A DNA stretch of 64,000 nt. Source: an uncultured Verrucomicrobiae bacterium (GTDB taxonomy: Bacteria; Verrucomicrobiota; Verrucomicrobiia; Chthoniobacterales; JAFAMB01). The translations under genes were made by a program, and so were the position numbers. Positions 56,532 to 64,000 of this stretch are shown in pieces. The first letter of the stretch is position 1. Each line of letters starts with the position of its first letter. The stretch covers positions 288,001-352,000 of the forward strand of contig CAVXLD010000001.1 in NCBI GenBank assembly GCA_963762565.1, written 5' to 3'. The notes below the pieces were generated by a model. It was not told where the DNA came from. It saw only the letters and a program-made list of their open reading frames with translations, and did no database searches.

Positions 56532-58074
56532 GTCGCATCCGCTTCTAGCATCGGACGCGAACGCCGGTGGGAGCTGCTTTGTGAGATCCGCCGCGATATT
56601 AAAGGCTAATCATCCACCCAGCTCGCGGCTTGGTGACGTAGTTGAAACGACTATCCCCGATCGTCTGGATCGATTGCCATGGTCGCGATGGCATTGGTTT
56701 GTCGTGATTGCTCTCGGGGTTACCTGGATCCTGGATGGACTGGAGGTCACGCTCGCCGGAGCCATCAGCGGCGTCTTACAAAAGCCCGAAGCGCTGAGCC
56801 TGACCGATGCCGAGGTCGGCATGAGCGCTACGTTTTATTTGGCCGGGAACGTATTCGGAGCGCTGGTTTTCGGTTTTCTAACCGATCGATTCGGTAGAAA
56901 AAGGCTGTTTTCTCTGACTCTGCTTGTCTATCTGCTTGGCACCGCTCTATCCGCTTCTTCCTGGAACTTTGTTAGTTTTGCTCTCTTTCGATTTTTGACC
57001 GGTTCCGGTATTGGCGGCGAGTACGCCGCCATTAATTCCGCAATCGACGAACTCATTCCGGCGCGTATTCGCGGGCGTATCGATATTACCATCAACGCCA
57101 CGTACTGGATTGGCGCCGCGCTTGGTGCGGTGGGTACCTACCTATTGTTAAATCCGATCGTTATTCCTACCAGCATCGGCTGGCGAGCCGTATTTGTGCT
57201 GGGCGCACTACTTGGCTCGGTGATCATAATTTTTCGGCATTGGGTTCCGGAAAGCCCGCGTTGGCTCACTATCCACGGACGAAAAGAAGATGCGGATAAG
57301 ATCGTCAAAGACATTGAACAGCAGATTGACGCCCATCAACGCGATTGGCCTGACTCCTCTTTAAAGAAACTGACCGTTCGCGTTCGTAGTCACACGCCAT
57401 TGAAGGAAATCTGGGAAACGATATTTCGCCGGCATCGGGCCCGAGCGCTCTTGGGGTTTGTGTTAATGATTGCTCAGGCCTTTTTCTTCAACGCCATTTT
57501 CTTTACCTACTCGCTCGTCTTGGTTCGGTTTTATAAAATTGCACCGGAATTAACGGCTCTCTATTTGATCCCCTTTGCGCTTGGTAATGTTCTCGGTCCG
57601 CTGCTGCTAGGGCCTCTGTTCGACAAAGTGGGACGAAAACCGATGATCGTTCTGACCTATGCGGCTGCCGGGCTGTTTCTGGCAGTCAGCGGTTGGTTGT
57701 TTCAGGCGGAATTACTCACCGCGCAGACCCAAACTCTGGCTTGGAGCGCGATTTTTTTTGTGGCCTCGTGTGCGGCTAGTTCCGCCTACTTAACTACTAG
57801 CGAAATCTTTCCTCTCGAGATTCGAGGGCTAGCCATTGCCTTATTTTATTCCGCTGGGACCCTCTGTGGCGGGATGATCGCCCCAACCATCTTTAGTCTG
57901 CTGATCCAAACGGGTTCTCGGGATGCCCTACTGCTCGGTTATCTTAGCGCCGCGTTTTTGATGATCGGCGCTGCCGTCGCAGAGGCGATCTTGGGAGTCA
58001 AAGCCGAAAGGCGCAGTTTGGAGGACGTAGCGTCGCCACTGTCACAAGCCGGCAGGGGGGGTGATGAAGTTTGA
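56509..58074 (+). CDS. MFS transporter (sugar/aromatic acid porter-like); start uncertain
   Basis: RLDRLPWSRWH, WILDGLE, LTDRFGRK, GIGGEYAAINSAIDE, VPESPRWL, SEIFPLEIR. Confidence 0.92.
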   Translation: MLRSGFIESHPLLASDANAGGSCFVRSAAILKANHPPSSRLGDVVETTIPDRLDRLPWSRWHWFVVIALGVTWILDGLEVTLAGAISGVLQKPEALSLTDAEVGMSATFYLAGNVFGALVFGFLTDRFGRKRLFSLTLLVYLLGTALSASSWNFVSFALFRFLTGSGIGGEYAAINSAIDELIPARIRGRIDITINATYWIGAALGAVGTYLLLNPIVIPTSIGWRAVFVLGALLGSVIIIFRHWVPESPRWLTIHGRKEDADKIVKDIEQQIDAHQRDWPDSSLKKLTVRVRSHTPLKEIWETIFRRHRARALLGFVLMIAQAFFFNAIFFTYSLVLVRFYKIAPELTALYLIPFALGNVLGPLLLGPLFDKVGRKPMIVLTYAAAGLFLAVSGWLFQAELLTAQTQTLAWSAIFFVASCAASSAYLTTSEIFPLEIRGLAIALFYSAGTLCGGMIAPTIFSLLIQTGSRDALLLGYLSAAFLMIGAAVAEAILGVKAERRSLEDVASPLSQAGRGGDEV

Positions 58075-58222
58075 TTCTGCCGGATGCCAACATCGGGGGA
58101 GTTGACTTTTTGGTTTTCGAACGACCCAAAAATTACCGTCTTATATGCAATTTTTTTCGCGCCGGGCAGATTCCTACGTCCGCAAACTGAAAGTAGTACG
58201 AACGTCTTGATCCGGAGACTCC

Positions 58223-58571
58223 ATGAATCGGCATAGTTTCGTTTTTAGGACCCTGTTTTCGGCGGCGCTCGGCATCGCTGTCCGGCCCGCTTTCCTGGGA
58301 CTATTCGCTAAATCTACCGACTTCAGTTGTTATTACCGAGATCGATAACCAGAAAGTCCTGGATCAGGCATTCGAAGCCGTAAGAACTTTTCATCCGTTA
58401 GATGAGAAGGAAGTGGCCGCTATTATCGCGAAGACTGAATCAGTTGCTGCCGACGGCAAGTACGAGCTGTTCAAGACATCTTCCCATTTCGATACGATTG
58501 CGAAACACCCGGATTGGTTAGGAGATGATAGTCCGTCCGTGCAGAAGCTCGCGCCGCAAACTGCGGGGTAG
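58223..58571 (+). pseudogene. Internally deleted aldo/keto reductase-like gene (absent from ORF track)
   Basis: Tat-like start MNRHSFVFRTLFSAALGIA (58223) joined out of frame to YSLNLPTSVVITEIDNQKVLDQAFEAVRTFHPL...YELFKTSSHFD...HPDWLG (58302-58571). Confidence 0.65.
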
Positions 58572-59117
58572 GGGTAAGGGGTGGGTAACAGTACAAGAGG
58601 CAAACCGGGGACTCCGTGGCCTCGAGCCGTCGATAGCCCCTACGCCCAGAGCGGAACGATTACCCTTGAAAGCCTCTTTGAGGTCGAGCCCGATTACCCT
58701 GTTCAAGTTGGTCCGTTCCGTATAATCTGGGTTCAATACACTATCTGTAAGAAGCTTTCGCTCTAAGTATGATCGCCGAGTTCCAGAAATGAAGACCAAA
58801 GTTATCTGTGGTCGAACGCCCACTGCCAGAGAGGGGAAGACAAAGACAAGGATTAACGCCGGCCAGGGGAACCGCGGCGTAATCATTAGCCCGCCCGGAC
58901 GACGAAGCAACTTGATCCTCATGGCGTTGCAACTCATCGCTCGAAAAATCCGAGCAAAAGAATAAACAATCGCGATGCGTTCGCTTTCCCAATTGTAATA
59001 CCGCATCGCAAACGGTGTAAGTTCTTCAGGAACGATCCCTCTCGGGATCGGGCTGCGTTTAGCCCGCTAAAGGCCGAATCTTTCTACAGACCAACTGCTT
59101 TCACCAGGGAGGGCGAT

Positions 59118-60776
59118 TCAGGCAGAATTACCGGCATCGGTGCGCAGTCTAGCCAACGCCAAGATAGTCTGGACAAGCTCGTCAGGATCAATGGGTTTGC
59201 TCAGGTGTGCCTGGAAGCCGGCCAATCGGGTCCAAACCCGATCTTTCTCACGAGCTGCGGCTGTAAAGGCAATCACAGGCAGCCGAGCGATGTCTGGCTC
59301 TAGACTCCGGACTTTTTCTAAGAGTTCGTAACCGTCCATTTCTGGCATTGCCAGGTCGCAAATTAGAACGTCGGGATGAACATTCCTGATCGCCTCGAGC
59401 GCTTCTTGTCCTGAACCCACGACGGTGGCCTCAGCGCAGCAATGTTGCAAAATGGCCCTCAGGAGGTCTCGCGAGTCGGCATTATCGTCTACACCCACCA
59501 CCCTAATGCTTTGGAGTCTGCTATCAGGCGCCTTTCCCTCTGCTGCAACCCCACTCGTTCCGGTACGCTCGGCGCCAGGCGCGGAATTGCTTGCCATCGT
59601 CGGCAATTCGACCTTGATTAAGGATCCGCGACCTGGTCCTTCACTCTCGGCGCTGATCGAACCGCCATGCAACTCGACAAGATGTTTGCAAATAGCCAAG
59701 CCTAGCCCCAATCCGAGATTCTCTGTCCCTTCTCGGGAGAAACGTTCAAAAATATGGGGAAGGAACTCTGGTGAAATTCCTTTGCCCGTATCTTTTACCA
59801 CGAACACCGCTTTTGATTGAGCTTTTCTTAGCTGCACTGTCACCGAACCTGCGCTGGGCGTAAATTTTAGGGCGTTACTCAAAAGGTTACCTAGAATTTG
59901 GCGTAGCCTCGCCTCGTCTCCCCAGATCCTGCAGCTAACCTCCTGTGGAATTTCAACCACACTCTCCAAAGCAATCCCTTTTTCGGCTGCCTGCGGTCGC
60001 AGCGTTTCGACACTTGTAGTAACGATCTGCTTCAAATCGACCCCTCGGTAGTCTAATGCCAACCTCCCAGTAACGATCCGGGAAGTATCAAGGAGATCTG
60101 AGATTAGTTCGGCTAAGACACCGGTATTACGCTGCAGCACCTCCAGCCCTTGCGCCATGAGGGCCTGGTCGTTAGGCGTTCCCCGCATGAGATAGGTCCA
60201 TCCTACAATGGCATTCAGCGGAGTCCGAAGCTCGTGAGCAACCATCGCTAGGAACTGGTCCTTCGCTCGATCGGCAGCCTCGGCCTTTAGACGGGCTTTT
60301 TCGAGTTCGACAGCGGCGCGACGTTGAGATTCCAGCAGATCGCGAACCTGATACTGGCGTGCGCGCGCCTGCAGCGCGACCCGCAAAGCCCCGACCAAAG
60401 CGGTCGGGCGAAGCGGCCGTTCAAGTAGCGTTACCGCACGAGACCGAAGAGCTCGCACGCGCTGCGATGTGACTTTAGTTTGCGGCCCCGGGCGAATAAG
60501 AAGTACGATCGGTAGGTCCGACCAAGGCTCTTGGTCTTCGAGCCAATTAGTCAGGCTTGAGCAATCCGCAGATGAGACTAAGGATTCCTCGGTCAGTAGC
60601 AGAGCTCCGACAGAACCTCCCTCAGCTTGCAGGCGCTCAGAAAGTTCGGACAAACTCCCGCACAGTTTCGGAACTATTTCCGCGGTGCTTAACACAGAAG
60701 CTGCCAAATCGCCATCTTCGCCCATTGGCGCTAAGATGAGAACGACTTGAGAGGCACCGGTTTTGTTGGTCGGCAT
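59118..60776 (-). CDS. Hybrid sensor histidine kinase/response regulator with N-terminal pseudo-receiver
   Basis: H-box AHELRTPL, N-box NLLSNALKFT, DTGKG, GLGLGL; C-terminal REC (DDNAD, ICDLAMP, KP); TGATG overlap with the upstream gene. Confidence 0.95.
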   Translation of the reverse strand: MPTNKTGASQVVLILAPMGEDGDLAASVLSTAEIVPKLCGSLSELSERLQAEGGSVGALLLTEESLVSSADCSSLTNWLEDQEPWSDLPIVLLIRPGPQTKVTSQRVRALRSRAVTLLERPLRPTALVGALRVALQARARQYQVRDLLESQRRAAVELEKARLKAEAADRAKDQFLAMVAHELRTPLNAIVGWTYLMRGTPNDQALMAQGLEVLQRNTGVLAELISDLLDTSRIVTGRLALDYRGVDLKQIVTTSVETLRPQAAEKGIALESVVEIPQEVSCRIWGDEARLRQILGNLLSNALKFTPSAGSVTVQLRKAQSKAVFVVKDTGKGISPEFLPHIFERFSREGTENLGLGLGLAICKHLVELHGGSISAESEGPGRGSLIKVELPTMASNSAPGAERTGTSGVAAEGKAPDSRLQSIRVVGVDDNADSRDLLRAILQHCCAEATVVGSGQEALEAIRNVHPDVLICDLAMPEMDGYELLEKVRSLEPDIARLPVIAFTAAAREKDRVWTRLAGFQAHLSKPIDPDELVQTILALARLRTDAGNSA

Positions 60777-62290
60777 CAATCGTTTGGATCTCGGGTTGCG
60801 TCATTCTCCGTCGCTCTCGGCCCTGGTTCCAGGATTGGAGTGCCGGTAAGCACTCCTCTGAAGTGATGAAGCGGCTCACCGACCCACAATCCTTTTTCAG
60901 TCACTCTAAACTCGCGAATGGTGCGCTCGTGCCTGCCACTACGCTTCTTCGCGACCGAAATTGACTGGCGGACCGCGCCAGCTGCCTCAAAGTGGCGCAT
61001 TATTATCACGGTATCGGCCAGATAAGTGAGGTCGACGGGTGAGCGGATCTCGTTCAAGAAGCCCGACTGGGCAAGAACCATAAGGGTGAGGACCCCTAAT
61101 TGACCGAGGGAGGAAAGAGTCTCGTGTAGTTGCAACTCAAGCATGTTGCCACTCTGCATTGCCTTGCTGTAACCGTTGAGGCTGTCAATGATGATCATGC
61201 GCCCTCCTTCCTTTTCTACGAAGTTCAGCAGCAAGTGGGCGAACTGACCGGGGCTGAGCTCTGCCGGATTAACCTGCTGGGCATGCACGAGCCGATCGCG
61301 AATGAAAGGTTGAAGATCGACGCCGAAGGATGCCGATTTGGCCAGATAAAGGCCTAGATTTTCATCGAAAGTGAACAGGGCCACTCGCTCCCCTCGCGCG
61401 GCAGCAGAATGAGCGTAGGTAATCGCAAGGCTCGACTTTCCAGTCCCTGAGGGACCCATCAACAAATTGCTTGTGCCTCTATCGAGGCCGCCTCCTAATA
61501 GACTGTCGATCCCTTCGACGCCGCACGATACATGCTCCCGGGCAAACTCTCGGTGATGGTCTCCCGGTACAATTCTGGGAAATACCCTGAGACCGCCGGT
61601 CTCAATCAGGTAATCGTGCGAGCCACCCAAAAAAGTGCTTCCTCGAATTTTCAGGATGCTCAGTTGATGACGCTCAGCGCCGTAGGGCAGCTCCTCGCGA
61701 TGCAAGTTGATCACCCCGTGGCAAACGCTCTCCAGCTGTCGATCGTCTCTATTACCATCGGAGGTAAGATCATCCAACAAAAGAGTGGTACACGTTCGCG
61801 CACCCAGGAATCGTTTGATACTTAAAATTTGGCGCCGATATCGAAGGGCGCTCTGTGAAAGAAGGCGGAGCTCAGACATCGAATCAAAAACCGCCCGCCG
61901 GGGTTTGATCCGCTCGATTTCAGCGAAAAGGATCTTCGTAACATCGTGAAGCTCAACATCACCGGGATCAAAAAGAGTGTTTTCCGCCTCTGCCGTAAGC
62001 TGCTGGGCAAAGTTCGAAAGGTCGAAAACATCAATGCCATCAAGTGCCCATCCGTGTGAGTGCGCAACCGCGGAAAGTTCGTCGCGCGTCTCAGAAAAGG
62101 TAACGTACAGACAAGACTCACCCTTGCGGGCGCCAGCCAAAAGGAATTGCAGTGCCAGCGTCGTTTTGCCGAGCCCCGGATTGCCCTGAATCAAATAAAG
62201 AGCGCCAGCGGGAAAGCCTCCACCCAAAATATGATCGAGACCGCCAATTCCACTATTACGTCGCGCTGACTCTGATGCTTCGGCGCTCAT
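60776..62290 (-). CDS. KaiC-like double-domain RecA-superfamily ATPase
   Basis: Two P-loops GNPGLGKT and GPSGTGKS; SGIGGLDHILGGG / GVEGIDSLLGGG; IIDSL; KKRSG-x-HERTIREF. Confidence 0.93.
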   Translation of the reverse strand: MSAEASESARRNSGIGGLDHILGGGFPAGALYLIQGNPGLGKTTLALQFLLAGARKGESCLYVTFSETRDELSAVAHSHGWALDGIDVFDLSNFAQQLTAEAENTLFDPGDVELHDVTKILFAEIERIKPRRAVFDSMSELRLLSQSALRYRRQILSIKRFLGARTCTTLLLDDLTSDGNRDDRQLESVCHGVINLHREELPYGAERHQLSILKIRGSTFLGGSHDYLIETGGLRVFPRIVPGDHHREFAREHVSCGVEGIDSLLGGGLDRGTSNLLMGPSGTGKSSLAITYAHSAAARGERVALFTFDENLGLYLAKSASFGVDLQPFIRDRLVHAQQVNPAELSPGQFAHLLLNFVEKEGGRMIIIDSLNGYSKAMQSGNMLELQLHETLSSLGQLGVLTLMVLAQSGFLNEIRSPVDLTYLADTVIIMRHFEAAGAVRQSISVAKKRSGRHERTIREFRVTEKGLWVGEPLHHFRGVLTGTPILEPGPRATENDATRDPND

Positions 62291-62477
62291 CCGTAAATCT
62301 AAGCTGTGGCAAGTAACAGCTCAACAGCTCCGGCTAAGCGAAGAGGTTTTATCGAGTGCCTGTCAGTACATGGGTCGATTGCATGCCCACAATGTTCCGG
62401 CTTCCGCATTCAGGAAGGTTCCTGAAGAGATGGCTTAGGGACCCGCCCTTGTATCCTGAGAGGACTTACCCATTACT

Positions 62478-62660
62478 TCATCCTTCGAGGATGTGACGGA
62501 CCTCCTCGGCGGTCTTCCCCAGCTTCTTCTGAAGTCTTCCCACTAATTCATCGTCCTTCCCCTCCGCGTACGTCAAATCGTCGTCCGTCAGCTGAGCATA
62601 CTTTTGTTTGAGCTTGCCTTTAACTTCATTCCAAGAACCCTTGAATTGCAGTTTGTTCAT
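62478..62660 (-). CDS. CsbD family stress protein
   Basis: [24 protein letters not shown]3[18 protein letters not shown]. Confidence 0.95.
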   Translation of the reverse strand: MNKLQFKGSWNEVKGKLKQKYAQLTDDDLTYAEGKDDELVGRLQKKLGKTAEEVRHILEG

Positions 62661-63069
62661 ACCAAGTGTTCGTTTTTCAGCTCTCTTGTGGCTGCCAGGT
62701 TGACCGTGGGACTCCGCTCAACGTGTGGAACTAGTGGGCTTCGAGACCGACCTGACGGGGGGACAGCACCGGGCGCCTCACGCAGACGACGCCCTGATGC
62801 CTGAAGCGGGCAATGTCCCCGACCTCATCCTTTGTTCGCTGCAAGAATGCCGGATGGGTCCATTTTTCTTACCCCAGGAGAGTAGGAGTCACATAATTCG
62901 TGTGCCAGGAAATCGCTCGCCCACGCCAGCCAGGAACGATTTAGCTCCGTCAAGCCGGACTTCCAATACGACCACTTTTTCGAGCTTTGACGATCATTTG
63001 AGAAGATGGTGCGCTGTCTGACCATTTTTCTGGGCACCACAATTCACACCCCAAAAAGCCGGAGACCTT

Positions 63070-63486
63070 ATGAAAGGAGCAACAGACTACGAAAATCAAG
63101 ACGACTTGAAGAACCCTGTGAATCAAGTCGTCGCGATTCTCCCGGGCGGCGCGGATGTCGAAGGTATCGTGGCTATCTTGCATCAGGCCGGCTTTTCATC
63201 GGAGAGCATTGGAGTGTTATCCGGTCGCAAGGACGCTCATAAGCTAGATGCTGCGTCAGGTAAAACGGGGCTGGTTCGCAAACTAGCTCAAATCGGGCCG
63301 GACTTTGGAGACCTAGACGCCGGTCATTTAAAAGCATACGCGGAGGCGCTCCGCAACGGTGAGACGGTGATCGCCGTCACGGCCAAATTCGGTGAAAAGC
63401 GTCGGGAGATCGCGGAACTGCTCAAAAGCCACGGAGCCAAGTTAATCAATTCGTATGGTCTATTTAGTATTGAGGGCCTGGGATAA
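63070..63486 (+). CDS. Hypothetical protein (general-stress/YflT-like fold possible)
   Basis: 138-aa ORF; LHQAGFSSESI, YAEALRNGETVIAV, AELLKSHGA. Confidence 0.65.
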   Translation: MKGATDYENQDDLKNPVNQVVAILPGGADVEGIVAILHQAGFSSESIGVLSGRKDAHKLDAASGKTGLVRKLAQIGPDFGDLDAGHLKAYAEALRNGETVIAVTAKFGEKRREIAELLKSHGAKLINSYGLFSIEGLG

Positions 63487-63756
63487 CGTTATAATAGTAT
63501 CCATCTGCCCCGCCCCGAAGTGGTTGGATCCGAGGCAGCAAGACCTGACGCGTCTCCAGAAGTGCCGGTTACGCCCACAGAACCGCCTTCCCTACTCCCA
63601 CGGAGCCGTTGTCCGTACCGATTCCTACCAAGCCTAATTCATTATTACCTCAGGTACGACCGGCGCTAGTTGTTGCCGCGAATTTAGCGCGGAAATGACA
63701 TCGAAAGGGGCGGAGTTCACTCCAAACGGTGTCGCTCCTGGAAATATCGGATCGAG

Positions 63757-64000
63757 ATGCCTCAGATATTTTCTCCAGGTACAAATACCGTATTCAGAAC
63801 CGCTTTGGTCCTGAGCCCGTTCCTGTTGGTCGGAAGCCTATTTGCCATCTATCGCCTGAACTATTCCTCATGGGCGACTCAAGTCGGAGTGCCCATTGAT
63901 CAGCCGGTCCCTTTCAGCCATGAACATCACGTAGCTGGCCTCGGGATCGATTGCCGCTATTGCCACACTTCCGTTGAGCAATCGGCTTTTGCCGGCATGC
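63757..64000 (+). CDS. actA: Multiheme cytochrome c, alternative complex III subunit A-like (3'-partial; absent from ORF track)
   Basis: MPQIF...TM helix...QPVPFSHEHHVAGLGIDCRYCHTSVE-x2-AFAGM with CxxCH; runs off the window end. Confidence 0.88.
   Translation, partial: MPQIFSPGTNTVFRTALVLSPFLLVGSLFAIYRLNYSSWATQVGVPIDQPVPFSHEHHVAGLGIDCRYCHTSVEQSAFAGM

Noticed and set aside
58518..59006. 162-aa minus-strand ORF
   Set aside because: No recognisable motif and it overlaps the AKR remnant on the opposite strand; probably spurious or an unidentifiable fragment.
60776..62290. Bona fide circadian clock kaiC
   Set aside because: No kaiA/kaiB in the window, the canonical ST phosphosites and EE motifs are altered, and the context is a kinase operon; gene symbol withheld.

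Overview
Bacterial chromosomal window. The gene content (pdxJ-acpS-scpA-scpB-pheA, gltB, rplS, an ActA-like cytochrome) and the style of the hypothetical proteins suggest a Verrucomicrobiota/Chthoniobacterales-like soil organism, but this is inference only. Region 1-40 kb holds core and metabolic genes: housekeeping genes, a glutamate synthase large subunit without gltD, an IlvD/Edd dehydratase, transporters, an SBP56/methanethiol-oxidase-like gene paired with a His-motif membrane protein, a DeoR-regulated sugar ABC cluster with an ADP-dependent kinase and a LacD-type aldolase, an SDR/cupin dioxygenase pair and a thiolase. Region 40-53 kb is decaying accessory DNA with frameshifted, nonsense and truncated genes, two VapBC-type toxin-antitoxin pairs and a TetR-controlled locus. 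Region 53-64 kb is a stress/signalling block (ECF sigma factor, YhdF-like SDR, KaiC-like ATPase plus hybrid kinase, CsbD, start of an alternative complex III operon). The most striking unannotated signal is that most large intergenic gaps from 0.67 to 52.65 kb contain an inverted-repeat cassette. These are built from several distinct repeat classes (6-, 7-, 8- and 9/10-mer tandem arms and REP-like palindromes), are often nested around unique cores, and I could not find them after about 52.7 kb. No rRNA, tRNA, CRISPR array or intact transposase was found. All assignments are by eye from sequence motifs; no database searches were run.
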